Source: a virus (Duplodnaviria > Caudoviricetes). Taken from it: 49,215 nucleotides of DNA. The notes beneath the pieces were generated by a model that saw nothing but the letters and a program-made list of their open reading frames with translations, was not told the DNA's origin and did no database searches. Within the stretch, counting starts at the first letter, position 1; the number at the start of each line of letters is the position of its first letter. The DNA lies in the IMG/VR virus record IMGVR_UViG_3300033067_001588, positions 1 through 49,215 of that record. The stretch is one strand, 5' to 3'. The translations under genes and the position numbers were made by a program. This document shows positions 26,566 through 35,906 of the stretch, one piece after another.

Positions 26566-27320
26566 AGTTAGAGCAAACGTTGACCATGATTGCCGTACAC
26601 ATCAAGGCGGACGCGCAGGCATTGATTGCTTACGCCGAGGAAGACACGCTGGGCGGCTACGATGTGGATGAAAGCAACCGCAAATTTCCACAGGGCAGCT
26701 TGTGGGAAGTAGAAGGCAAGACGCTGTATGCGTTGGTGCGCTGGCTGAAGCCGGACGTGGTGGTTGAAATCGGCGGCTGGGCAGGATGCAGCGCATCACA
26801 TTTGGCGCTGGCGGTACAGGCCAATGGCGGTGGACGTGTCATCAGCGTGGACAGCGGCGAAGGTGGTCAGGAACACGGTTATCTGCTGACGCCGGAACTA
26901 CGTCCATATGTCACGCTGGTGAAGGCGGATGGACGCGATTGGTTACGCGCACAAGCTGACCATTCCATCGGTTTGCTGTTTGAGGATGCAGACCACAGCA
27001 CCGCGCTGACGGCAGCCATCAGCAAACTGGCGCTCGAAAAAGTGATGCCCGGCGGCTACTACTTAAACCATGATGCGGCCCACGACTTTGCAGTGGTGGG
27101 TGGTGGCATGAAAGTGGCCTCGCCGGTGGGGCGTGAAGTGCGTGATGGACTGGACATCGCCAAGGTGTACTTCCGCACATACCTCGCAGAACCGAGTGAT
27201 TGCGGACTGGCGCTGTCGGTCATGCCGGGTGTGCCGATGACCAAGGCCATTCTTGAGCCGGTCGTGGATTATGGCATCGCGCCGATTGAGACACCCAAAC
27301 CCAAACGCACACGGAAGTAA
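26562..27320 (+). CDS. class I SAM methyltransferase (Methyltransf_24-like)
   Basis: KPDVVVEIGGWAGCS...ISVD...LFEDADH...PGGYYLNHD. Confidence 0.85.
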   Translation: MKLEQTLTMIAVHIKADAQALIAYAEEDTLGGYDVDESNRKFPQGSLWEVEGKTLYALVRWLKPDVVVEIGGWAGCSASHLALAVQANGGGRVISVDSGEGGQEHGYLLTPELRPYVTLVKADGRDWLRAQADHSIGLLFEDADHSTALTAAISKLALEKVMPGGYYLNHDAAHDFAVVGGGMKVASPVGREVRDGLDIAKVYFRTYLAEPSDCGLALSVMPGVPMTKAILEPVVDYGIAPIETPKPKRTRK

Positions 27321-27322
27321 TC

Positions 27323-29290
27323 ATGACGCCAATTATTAGCTTGGTATCCGGCACCTATAACCGCATCGCCTTGCTGAAGGACATGGTGCAATCCTTCCGC
27401 GATAATTTGCTGCCGGGGCTGCCGTATGAAGTGGTGCTGGTCGATGGCGGCTCGACCGATGGCACGATTGAGTGGGCGAAGGCACAGCCGGATGTCAAGC
27501 TGATTGAGGACGGCGCATTATTGGGCGCGATTTCAGCCTTCACACGTGGCGCGTTTGCGGCGTCGGGTAAATACGTGCTGCTGGCAAATGATGACGTGCA
27601 GTTCAGGGCTGGCAGCATCCTTCCGGCCATCGTGCATCTGGAGAATAACCTACGATGCGGCGCGGTGGCCTTTGCGGATAATCGACCCATACCGGGCTTC
27701 TTCACCACCAAGGATTACAAAACGCTGCGCATGGCTGCCGTGAAGGATGGCAAAGAAACATCGGTGATTTATGCGCAGGTGGGACTCTTCCGCAAGTGGC
27801 TCGGCGACAAGGTCAAATGGTGGCTGGGTGAGCATGACGAGATGCTCGGCGCGCATGTGTACGGCGGCGACAACTCACTCTCGGCGCAAATCTGGCACTA
27901 TGGCTATAGTGTGGAGGCCGTGCCGGAAGCCATCATTGAGGACCATGTGGTGGTTGATGAGCTACGCCAAATTAATTACAACAAAGGCATTGAATCCAAT
28001 GACAGCCACTTCTTCTATGACCAGTGGCCGGGGGGTGTGCGGGTGATGAACGAACCACAGTTGCCACAACAGGATAAACGCGCGGCACGTATCCTGTACC
28101 TGCCGATTTATGAGCCGGGCTGGACGGTGCAGAAGCATCCGGTGCATGGTAAGCACGGCCTACGCGACGCACTGGCACGCGCCACCAATAAGTATGGCGC
28201 ACAGCATATTGTGCAAGAGTTTGATTACTTGGAAGGCGACCCGAAAACGCTGCGCACACGGTTGATGGGCATTGCCGACCGTTTCAAGCCGGACTTGGTG
28301 CTGACGCAAATTCAATCACCACTGCCACTGACGGCGGACATGTTGAAGGAACTGCGCGAGCGTACCGGCGCAACCATTATCAACTGGAACGGTGACCAAG
28401 CACCCGGCGGATTGGCAAGCACACCGATGCTGGCGCTGCTGCGTCATGTGGATTTACAACTGATTACTAACTTGGATGTGGTGGATGTGTATGAGCAAGA
28501 GCGCATCAAGTGGGCTTACTGGCAAATCGGTTTTGAGGATGTGGGCGATGATTACCAATCAATTGCGGATGCGTATTACCGTGACCAAGGCCGGCCAAGT
28601 CCGTTCGATAACGTTGACACATGGCCTGTCGTATACCTCGCCTCGCTACGCAGTCCTGAACGGCAAGCGATTGCGGCCATTGTGGAAGAGTTCGGTGGGC
28701 GCGTCTTTACGCCGGGCGATGAATTCGCCAGCCTCTACAATTTCGGCGTTACAAAGGCCATTTACCGGCACGCAAAGATTGCCATTTCAGACAACGGATT
28801 TACCAGCAAAGGATTTGTCAGTAATCGACTATTTCAAGCATTATCGGCTGGCGGATGCGTCGTATTACAGCAGCACGTGGATATGCTGGACGAACTCACG
28901 GGCTTGAAGTTAGGAGAGCATTACGTCGGCTGGTCAAATCTAGAGTCACTGCGCTATGCGATTAAACTCCAACTTGAAAATGAATCATTAAGGCAACATG
29001 TTGCAGACGCTGGCACAGCGTTTGTCCGCGAGAACTTCAGCTTCGACGCGCAGGTGGTCAAGTTGATGGCACTCATCAAGGAACGGTTGGGTGACAGCCA
29101 ACAACTCAACGAGAGCATTACGCTGCGCTATGTGGGACGCGCCACGAACGGCTTTGGACTGGGCAACATGTGGCCGAGCGGGATGCGCTACGAATACGAG
29201 CCGGGTCGATTGCTGTACGTCAAGAAGGAAGATGTGGATGTTATCACCCAACTGTATCCGGCGGATTGGGAACGGATGGACATCGAATAA
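27323..29290 (+). CDS. two-domain glycosyltransferase (GT2 plus CgeB/Glyco_trans_1_2-like)
   Basis: TYNR..VLVDGGSTDGT..LANDD; C-terminal VSNRLFQALSAGG. Confidence 0.88.
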   Translation: MTPIISLVSGTYNRIALLKDMVQSFRDNLLPGLPYEVVLVDGGSTDGTIEWAKAQPDVKLIEDGALLGAISAFTRGAFAASGKYVLLANDDVQFRAGSILPAIVHLENNLRCGAVAFADNRPIPGFFTTKDYKTLRMAAVKDGKETSVIYAQVGLFRKWLGDKVKWWLGEHDEMLGAHVYGGDNSLSAQIWHYGYSVEAVPEAIIEDHVVVDELRQINYNKGIESNDSHFFYDQWPGGVRVMNEPQLPQQDKRAARILYLPIYEPGWTVQKHPVHGKHGLRDALARATNKYGAQHIVQEFDYLEGDPKTLRTRLMGIADRFKPDLVLTQIQSPLPLTADMLKELRERTGATIINWNGDQAPGGLASTPMLALLRHVDLQLITNLDVVDVYEQERIKWAYWQIGFEDVGDDYQSIADAYYRDQGRPSPFDNVDTWPVVYLASLRSPERQAIAAIVEEFGGRVFTPGDEFASLYNFGVTKAIYRHAKIAISDNGFTSKGFVSNRLFQALSAGGCVVLQQHVDMLDELTGLKLGEHYVGWSNLESLRYAIKLQLENESLRQHVADAGTAFVRENFSFDAQVVKLMALIKERLGDSQQLNESITLRYVGRATNGFGLGNMWPSGMRYEYEPGRLLYVKKEDVDVITQLYPADWERMDIE

Positions 29291-29433
29291 TGTGGCGGCG
29301 ACTGCGGTGCGCGATGGGATGGCATGTCTGGCAAGCGGTCATTTGTGACGGTGTGCTAGATTGGGAATTAAAGTGTACGCATTGTAACCGGCGTCATCCT
29401 TTCGATAGGCGCGGCAGTTTGTTTGACGAATGA
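29290..29433 (+). CDS. small Cys/His-containing hypothetical protein
   Basis: TAATG coupling; C..GWH...CTHC. Confidence 0.5.
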   Translation: MWRRLRCAMGWHVWQAVICDGVLDWELKCTHCNRRHPFDRRGSLFDE

Positions 29434-29521
29434 GGATGTGTAATGTTTGGTATAATTAGTAGAAACAAATTCCCTCGCGATGCTTCTAACATCCGAGGGG
29501 TGAGCCATAAGGAATTAGCTT

Positions 29522-30355
29522 ATGTCTATATCAAGTATACCTCAGAAGCAGTGCTCCAAATGCGGCGTATTCAAGCCGGAAACCGTGGAGTATTTCACAT
29601 TCATCAAACGCTACAACCATTTCAATCACATTTGCCGTATTTGTGTCCGTCAAAGAGATACAGATTGGCGTCGGCGCAAAGGAATATTGCCTAAAAATAA
29701 ACCTTTAACGGACAACACAAAGGGATGTGCTAAGTGCGGTCGCGTTCTTCCACTTAGTAAATTCTATTTACAAGCAAATGGTAAATACGCGGTTTATTGC
29801 GCGGACTGCAAAACAACCTATTCGCAAGCGTATTATCACAAAGACATTGAACTAAGTCGTGAAAGAAGCCGTGTTCAAACAATCAAGCATAGAGAAAAGA
29901 ATCAATTGAGGCGTAGTCGTAATTATCAAAACTATCGACGTGCAACAATTGAGTGGATTAAAAACAATAGAGATAAAGTGAACACGAGTATACATAAACG
30001 AAGAGCCTTGAAGCAGGGATTGCCACATGATTTACCAGTTGGCAAACAAGCTGAAATTATAAGCCGATTCGATGGACGTTGTGCTATCTGTGGACGCGCA
30101 GAGTCGAATAGTCGGATAATAGTACTTGACCATTGGATTGCTATTAAATCAGACGCCAAAAACAATCCCGGCACAGTTGAGAATAACTTAGTACCAATCT
30201 GCCACGGGGTTACAGGGTGCAACAATAGCAAACGTAACCAAATGCCATTAGATTGGCTCATGCGAAAATTTGGTGACGAAGGATATGAAATTTACACCAG
30301 AATAGAACGCTATCTAGCGAGGTTTCAAAATGGCAATTGCACTAACAACATCTAG
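29522..30355 (+). CDS. HNH homing endonuclease
   Basis: N-terminal CxxC pairs; CAICG...LDHWI...NLVPICH...CNNSK; AT-rich. Confidence 0.85.
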   Translation: MSISSIPQKQCSKCGVFKPETVEYFTFIKRYNHFNHICRICVRQRDTDWRRRKGILPKNKPLTDNTKGCAKCGRVLPLSKFYLQANGKYAVYCADCKTTYSQAYYHKDIELSRERSRVQTIKHREKNQLRRSRNYQNYRRATIEWIKNNRDKVNTSIHKRRALKQGLPHDLPVGKQAEIISRFDGRCAICGRAESNSRIIVLDHWIAIKSDAKNNPGTVENNLVPICHGVTGCNNSKRNQMPLDWLMRKFGDEGYEIYTRIERYLARFQNGNCTNNI

Positions 30356-31490
30356 CAACTTTACGCCGGGTCAAAATCATCACTATTTGAACGCATGGCC
30401 TACAGTTGTCCTCGAAAATATATGGCACTTCAACCAATGCGCAGGCATCGGCGCACCTGTGCAGACGGCCAATGATAAGGGCGGCGTGGCCTACCTCCAG
30501 AAGGAACGCGAGTACATCGCACGGCAGTTGGAATCGGCAGCCGGACGCATGGCGCAAGACCTGAACTACTGGATTAATCCGGCGTACTTCAGCGAGATTA
30601 TCCCAATTGGAAAAGGCCGACCGATTGCCGGACAGTATCATCAGACGCGCATGTTGAAGTTAATCGAGCTTGGCAGCCGCGCCACATCACTCATCCAAGC
30701 CAACGTGAGCGTGAGCTACAGCGACCCGAACAGCGTCGGCGTGAATGATTTGGCGACCATCACCGTGACCACCGCGGTGGCAGATAGTGAAATCAAGCTG
30801 TACTTCCGCACAACTGACGGTGCACCGAGCGCGTGTGATGCACGCTACGAAATCGAACCGATTACGGTGACCTCATCCGGCGGCGTGGCGACTATCAAGG
30901 CGCACAGGGCGTTGTTCGTCAAGCCGAGTGAGTGGGCGCGGGAATATGTGGCGAATGACCCGAACTTCAACAGTCCCAACGTGATTGACACGGCCTCGCC
31001 TGCCGGATTTGTGGCGGCTGTGGATGTCTACCGCGTGTATACCGACACCAGCACGAATGTGCAGCTGCTATCCGCCGACGGAACGGTGCTGCAAACCTAC
31101 ACCGGCGAGATATTGGACGCGGAACTGGGCGCATTCCGGTTGGGCGATTTGTGCAGCACATCATGCTGGGACCAATCACCGCAACGCATCAAGGTCAATT
31201 ACCGCGCAGGTTCACCACTGGTCAACGGCGAATTAGACTCGGAACTATATGAGGCGTGTGTGGCCTACGCAGCAGCCAACATGCAAGCCAAGCTGACCAA
31301 GATGAGCTACTGGACGCTGGACATCTGGACGAACTACCACGCACCAATGGTGGAGAAGGTGGGCGGGGCGATGGTGCCGGTGGCGACCAAGCGGCAGAGT
31401 AATTCCGGCTATGGCGCACGCACCGGACAAGTCCGCGCATGGGAAGTGGTACTCGACCGACGCATTGAGAAAGCACATAAATTTTTCTAA
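30330..31490 (+). CDS. putative head-tail connector/adaptor
   Basis: Synteny and IKVNYRAG motif. Confidence 0.5.
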   Translation: MAIALTTSSNFTPGQNHHYLNAWPTVVLENIWHFNQCAGIGAPVQTANDKGGVAYLQKEREYIARQLESAAGRMAQDLNYWINPAYFSEIIPIGKGRPIAGQYHQTRMLKLIELGSRATSLIQANVSVSYSDPNSVGVNDLATITVTTAVADSEIKLYFRTTDGAPSACDARYEIEPITVTSSGGVATIKAHRALFVKPSEWAREYVANDPNFNSPNVIDTASPAGFVAAVDVYRVYTDTSTNVQLLSADGTVLQTYTGEILDAELGAFRLGDLCSTSCWDQSPQRIKVNYRAGSPLVNGELDSELYEACVAYAAANMQAKLTKMSYWTLDIWTNYHAPMVEKVGGAMVPVATKRQSNSGYGARTGQVRAWEVVLDRRIEKAHKFF

Positions 31491-31502
31491 CTAAGACAAG
31501 TA

Positions 31503-32201
31503 ATGTCACAACGCAAACACAAGACCAACATCACCTGCATCATTCCGGCACGTAACGCAGCAGCCACGATTGCACGCGCAGTTGCCAGCGCCAGCCGTGC
31601 CGGTGCGGACGCCATTCTGGTGTATGACGACGCCTCGACCGACACCACGTTTGATGTGTTGGAAGAGATTTGGGACGAGTATACCAACCTCGACTTTTAC
31701 TCGGCGATGGGTGATGTACGGGCGGGTGTGAACTTCGCGCGGAATTATCTGGTCGAGCAAGCCGACATGGGCTTGATTATCCCGCTGGATGCTGACGACA
31801 CGCTGCGCGACCTGACACCACTGCGCGAGGCGTATGAGCAAGGCACGTGGGTGTATACCGATTATGCCGAACATGACGGCGCGAGCATCAATGCCATCAA
31901 GGGCGCACCGGCTGGCGCATTGCCCAGAAAGAACATCACCGGCGTCAGCTTCCTATTCCACAAAGAGGACTGGCAAAAGGTGGGCGGCTATGACCCTGAC
32001 TTTGCCTATGCCGAGGATTACGCCTTCCAATGTGCGCTGGTGAATCACGGGATCCGTCCCAAGTACCTCGATGTGATTGGCTACGATAGATATTTACATC
32101 CCAAGGGCAATGAGCGCACCGCCAAAGCCCAAGCCTACTGGACATTCTTCCGCGATTTGGCACGCAGCAAGTATCCGGCAGCCTTCGCCGGAAGTGGGTA
32201 G
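31503..32201 (+). CDS. GT2 glycosyltransferase
   Basis: IIPARN..YDDASTD..ARN..LDADD..GGYDPDFAYAEDY. Confidence 0.9.
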   Translation: MSQRKHKTNITCIIPARNAAATIARAVASASRAGADAILVYDDASTDTTFDVLEEIWDEYTNLDFYSAMGDVRAGVNFARNYLVEQADMGLIIPLDADDTLRDLTPLREAYEQGTWVYTDYAEHDGASINAIKGAPAGALPRKNITGVSFLFHKEDWQKVGGYDPDFAYAEDYAFQCALVNHGIRPKYLDVIGYDRYLHPKGNERTAKAQAYWTFFRDLARSKYPAAFAGSG

Positions 32202-32852
32202 ATGATGGCATCCGGTATTTATATCATCAAGTGCAGCAAGAATGGCAAGTTCTATATCGGGCAAGCGCAAAACCTCAAGATTCGATGGAGCCAACATAAG
32301 TCTTCATTAAAACGTAATAACCACAAAAATAAGCATTTGCAAAATATGTGGAATAAGTACGGCGAAAGCTCATTTAAATTCCAAATACTTGAATATTGGC
32401 CGATTGAAAAGTTAACTGAACGCGAACAGCATTACATGGATATTTATAGACCAACTGGAATGTGTGTCAACATTGCGCAATATGCGGATGCTTCATCTCG
32501 AGGAAGGGTAATTAGCGAGGAATCGCGGCGCAAAATGAGTGAGGCAAGTAAAAGCAGAACTCATAGCGCAGAAACGCGGCGCAAAATGAGTGAAATACAA
32601 AAAAATAGAAGCGACGAAACGCGACAGAAAATAAGTGAAGCCCACAAAGGTAAAATTCATAGCGCGGAAACACGTCGAAAAATAGGTGAAAAAAGTAAAG
32701 GCAGAATTCATAGTGACGAAACGCGGCACAAGATAAGCGAAGCACTTAAGGGCAGAATGATAAGCGAAGAAACACGCCGCAAATTAAGTGAGTCGGCAAA
32801 ACGCCGACGCGAGCGTGAACGCGCAGCGAAAGAACAAGAGAGCGCACAATGA
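32202..32852 (+). CDS. GIY-YIG homing endonuclease with about six NUMOD3 repeats
   Basis: GIYIIK...FYIG; repeated (H)SxETRRKxSE. Confidence 0.92.
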   Translation: MMASGIYIIKCSKNGKFYIGQAQNLKIRWSQHKSSLKRNNHKNKHLQNMWNKYGESSFKFQILEYWPIEKLTEREQHYMDIYRPTGMCVNIAQYADASSRGRVISEESRRKMSEASKSRTHSAETRRKMSEIQKNRSDETRQKISEAHKGKIHSAETRRKIGEKSKGRIHSDETRHKISEALKGRMISEETRRKLSESAKRRRERERAAKEQESAQ

Positions 32853-33025
32853 ATACTCTAAAAAGACGACAAATAAAATCACGCATTGCTGCATTAGAAA
32901 GAAAAATGTTTATTAGAACCGATGCTATTAAACTGCAAAGAAAAAACAAGTTAGCTTTAAAAGAAGTATTGCGCAAATTGCAAGAGTTGTTGGATGAGTG
33001 CAACAACGGTCTTAATAGCCCATGA
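32849..33025 (+). CDS. small basic AT-rich hypothetical protein (58 aa)
   Basis: Read manually; ATGA-coupled to the GIY-YIG gene. Confidence 0.45.
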   Translation: MNTLKRRQIKSRIAALERKMFIRTDAIKLQRKNKLALKEVLRKLQELLDECNNGLNSP

Positions 33026-33026
33026 T

Positions 33027-33056
33027 TGGACAGCGTTAGAATATTTTTGCTATACT
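33027..33056 (+). promoter_or_regulatory. putative late promoter for the tail operon
   Basis: TGGACA-N18-TATACT with an extended -10 TG. Confidence 0.65.
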
Positions 33057-33061
33057 CGAAA

Positions 33062-33198
33062 TTAGTGACCAACGCTGGCAGGCGGCGTGATACCCTGACT
33101 TTCACGCACGGTCGATTGGGTGGCGTCCTCCTTCGCCACCCGACAATATTTTACAGTCAGGAAGCCGGTCAGGGCGGTAGCATTTTGCTGCCGTTTTT
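33062..33198 (+). ncRNA. candidate structured leader/small RNA ending in an intrinsic terminator
   Basis: Stems gcgtga/tcacgc (loop TACCCTGACTT) and gggtggcg/cgccaccc (loop TCCTCCTT); terminator gcggtagca/tgctgccgt plus U tract. Confidence 0.5.
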
Positions 33199-33214
33199 GA
33201 TTCAGGTGGTGGTG

Positions 33215-33703
33215 ATGAAGGCAGGCGCAGCGCTCAGGGAACTCGACAAGACCGTCCGCGCGGCCACGCTGAAAGCCATGCAGAATGCGTCCGATGATGT
33301 GCAATCGACCGGACGCGACACGGTGCGAGCATGGAAACACCGTGTGGATTTTAAAGAAGTGCCGACGATTGACCGGCTGTACATCGAACTACTCATCAAG
33401 CCGACCGGAAACAACGTCCGCATCTTCCAGTATGTGGATTTGGGAACCAAGGGGCCGTACCTCATCCCGAAAGTGGTCGTGCCGGGCAAGTTCATGCGCT
33501 TCCAAGTGGGCTACAGCGCACGGACACAACCGATTGCCCAGTACAACAAGGGCAGCGGTCAACACTTCGGGGCATGGGTGAGCAAGGCGCAGGTGGTGCA
33601 TCCGGGCATCAAGGCGCGTAAGTTTATGGAAACGTACATGAAAGAACTCATACCGACGCTACAGGTGCGGGTTCAAACCGAGATTACAAACGCAGTTAGA
33701 TGA
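33215..33703 (+). CDS. tail completion/neck protein (HK97 gp10-like)
   Basis: YVDLGTKGPYLI...VVHPGIKARKFM motif; ATG at 33215. Confidence 0.7.
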   Translation: MKAGAALRELDKTVRAATLKAMQNASDDVQSTGRDTVRAWKHRVDFKEVPTIDRLYIELLIKPTGNNVRIFQYVDLGTKGPYLIPKVVVPGKFMRFQVGYSARTQPIAQYNKGSGQHFGAWVSKAQVVHPGIKARKFMETYMKELIPTLQVRVQTEITNAVR

Positions 33704-33714
33704 GAGGTTAAATT

Positions 33715-35271
33715 ATGCCAATCCAATGGAATAATGGCGGCGATAGGTCTACAGTCGATATTCAACCCGGTGGCCCCGGCAATCCTTGGTTGGTACTCGA
33801 CCAGAATGCCGCGCTGGACGCACCATCCGGCGGTTCACGCGCACGCACGACCATGTGGGGACGCGATGAACGCGGCGGCCTCGCACCACGCTCGATTGTC
33901 TACAGCGGCAATCCGGATGACTGGTCAGCCAATTTGAGCTACCCGCTCACCAGCGAAAACGCGCTGAAGCGTCTGAACTGCCCGTTCAGCATCCGTGCGC
34001 GGCAGTATTGCAGCCCAAACCGTTCCAACATGACCGCCTACACCGCGCCGGGCATGCGTGCCTATCTGCAAACCACCGTGACCAAGTTCGGCTATGACAA
34101 CGGCCTCGCTATGAGTGACGGCCAAGGTACTGACCTGATGCGCACGGCAGCCATTCAGGGCAGCGCGGAAGTCAACCAAACGTTGGTGGCACACGACGAC
34201 ATCAGCCTGACGACCTCTGACGTGGCTTATAACCGCGTAATTGGCATCAGCGCGGAAGTCTGCCAGGGTGCGTGCGGACTCGGCACGACTGAGGAAGACG
34301 CATGGCTGGCCGTCACGGACAAGGATGCATCACCGGCATATGCGGGTGGCTCGGCTCCGTGGCTGTACTGGACAACTGACCGTTGGACCACGCGGACAGG
34401 CGTCCGTATCGGTGCGTATGTGGGCGCGGACGCACTGGACGTGGTGCTCGCTGGCAGCCGCGTGATTGTGTTCTCGGACACGAAAGCGCCGGTGTACGCA
34501 CAACTCGCGGACATCTACAACGGTGTCACTGACCCGCTGCTGTGGGCATCATCCAGCGGTGTGAGCGAAACCAGCACCAACTTCCCGAAATTCGCGGCAG
34601 TGGTGGACAGTTCAACCATCGTGGCCGTGGGCGCTGGCGGGCGCATTTGGCTGTCCACGGACGGCGGCATCAGCTTCACCAAGATTTACGACACGGGCGC
34701 ACTGACCACCCAGAACTTGAACGCGGTCGATGCACAAGCTGGCGGTAATGTGTTCGTCGGTGGCAACAGCGGCGTGTTCATTCGCCTCGCCAAGACACCC
34801 GGCGCAAGTTCGTTTGTCGGCAGCTTGATTGCGGTACGTGATGCCAGCTTGAACGTGTTGTCGAGCAACATCAACAGCGTGCGCACACCGAGCACCCGCG
34901 GCGATGAAGTCTACCTCGGCACGGCAGGCGGCGAAATTTGGCGCAGCCGTCACGTCAACGCCACCAAGGTTGTGTTTGCCAACATGAAGTTTGACCGCGC
35001 CGGTATCGGTTCGATTAGTGACCTCGACTTCGTGGGCTTCCAAGGCAACACCCTATTCGTCCTCCAGACCAACACCGATAACACTAGCCGCGTGCTGCGC
35101 GACTTCAGTGGTGGCAACTTGGCGAACGATGTGGAAATCATCGGCGATTTTGTGACGCCGGGTAACTTCAAGATGAACAGCATCGCAGCCGCCAATGAGA
35201 ACATGGCGATTACCGTCGGTGAATTGCACGGCAGTTATGCCTTTGTCGGGATGATACGACCCGCGCAATAA
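33715..35271 (+). CDS. putative major tail protein with a C-terminal beta-propeller (BNR/Asp-box) region
   Basis: Directly precedes chaperone and tape-measure genes; WLSTDGGISF Asp-box; repeated VG..G.I blades. Confidence 0.55.
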   Translation: MPIQWNNGGDRSTVDIQPGGPGNPWLVLDQNAALDAPSGGSRARTTMWGRDERGGLAPRSIVYSGNPDDWSANLSYPLTSENALKRLNCPFSIRARQYCSPNRSNMTAYTAPGMRAYLQTTVTKFGYDNGLAMSDGQGTDLMRTAAIQGSAEVNQTLVAHDDISLTTSDVAYNRVIGISAEVCQGACGLGTTEEDAWLAVTDKDASPAYAGGSAPWLYWTTDRWTTRTGVRIGAYVGADALDVVLAGSRVIVFSDTKAPVYAQLADIYNGVTDPLLWASSSGVSETSTNFPKFAAVVDSSTIVAVGAGGRIWLSTDGGISFTKIYDTGALTTQNLNAVDAQAGGNVFVGGNSGVFIRLAKTPGASSFVGSLIAVRDASLNVLSSNINSVRTPSTRGDEVYLGTAGGEIWRSRHVNATKVVFANMKFDRAGIGSISDLDFVGFQGNTLFVLQTNTDNTSRVLRDFSGGNLANDVEIIGDFVTPGNFKMNSIAAANENMAITVGELHGSYAFVGMIRPAQ

Positions 35272-35294
35272 CTGAACATGAAAGTCAGGAGTTC

Positions 35295-35906
35295 ATGATG
35301 TCAGGTGAAACCCTCAACACGATGACCGATGGGCGTCCGTCGGTCATTATCTACGAAACCGGATCCGGCGTGGTGGCACACATCACGCCGTTGAACCTCG
35401 CCACGTTGAAAGCCATCCAAGTTAAAGCTGCGGACATGCATCCGTATCCGGACAAAGCGCCGTACCAGAAGCCGGAAGAGAATGCTTTCTCGCCGGGGCA
35501 GATGACAGCCGCTGAAGATAATCCGGATTATGTGGCGGCCTGTAAAGCGGTGGACAGCGAGCGAGCGCAGTGGGCAGACCGCACTATCTTCGCTTTTACG
35601 GTGAAATTCCCAAAGTATCCCACACGTGAATCATTGATAGCGGCCTTTTCCGACAAATTGTCGGATTTGAGGGCGATTGCCGTGCTGCCGGACGACGACT
35701 ATGAAGCTGTGCTGCATCATCTGGTGCTGACGTGGCAGCCGATTGGTTACCCGCGCGAGGCGGATTATGTGCGCTGCATCCAACTGGCGTGTCAAACAAT
35801 CGCGCTGACGCCGGATGAGGTGACGGCTGGCATCCGCTTCTTTCGGTCTGTCCTACCAGAACGTCCCGCTGGAACAGTGGCTCGGACGCCACGCGGTGTT
35901 TCATGA
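35295..35906 (+). CDS. tail assembly chaperone (G-like)
   Basis: Synteny before the tape measure gene; overlapping downstream frame. Confidence 0.6.
   Translation: MMSGETLNTMTDGRPSVIIYETGSGVVAHITPLNLATLKAIQVKAADMHPYPDKAPYQKPEENAFSPGQMTAAEDNPDYVAACKAVDSERAQWADRTIFAFTVKFPKYPTRESLIAAFSDKLSDLRAIAVLPDDDYEAVLHHLVLTWQPIGYPREADYVRCIQLACQTIALTPDEVTAGIRFFRSVLPERPAGTVARTPRGVS

Noticed and set aside
32202-32852. Endonuclease as part of a group I intron
   Set aside because: Flanking genes appear intact and directly abut it, leaving no room for an intron core.
33062-33198. tRNA or known self-cleaving ribozyme
   Set aside because: No T-loop/acceptor stem and no hammerhead core recognised; left as an unclassified RNA.
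33026-33214. N-terminal extension of the tail completion ORF (likewise 19199-19264 and 42285-42563)
   Set aside because: The extensions cover promoter/terminator elements or overlap upstream genes; better RBS-linked starts lie downstream.
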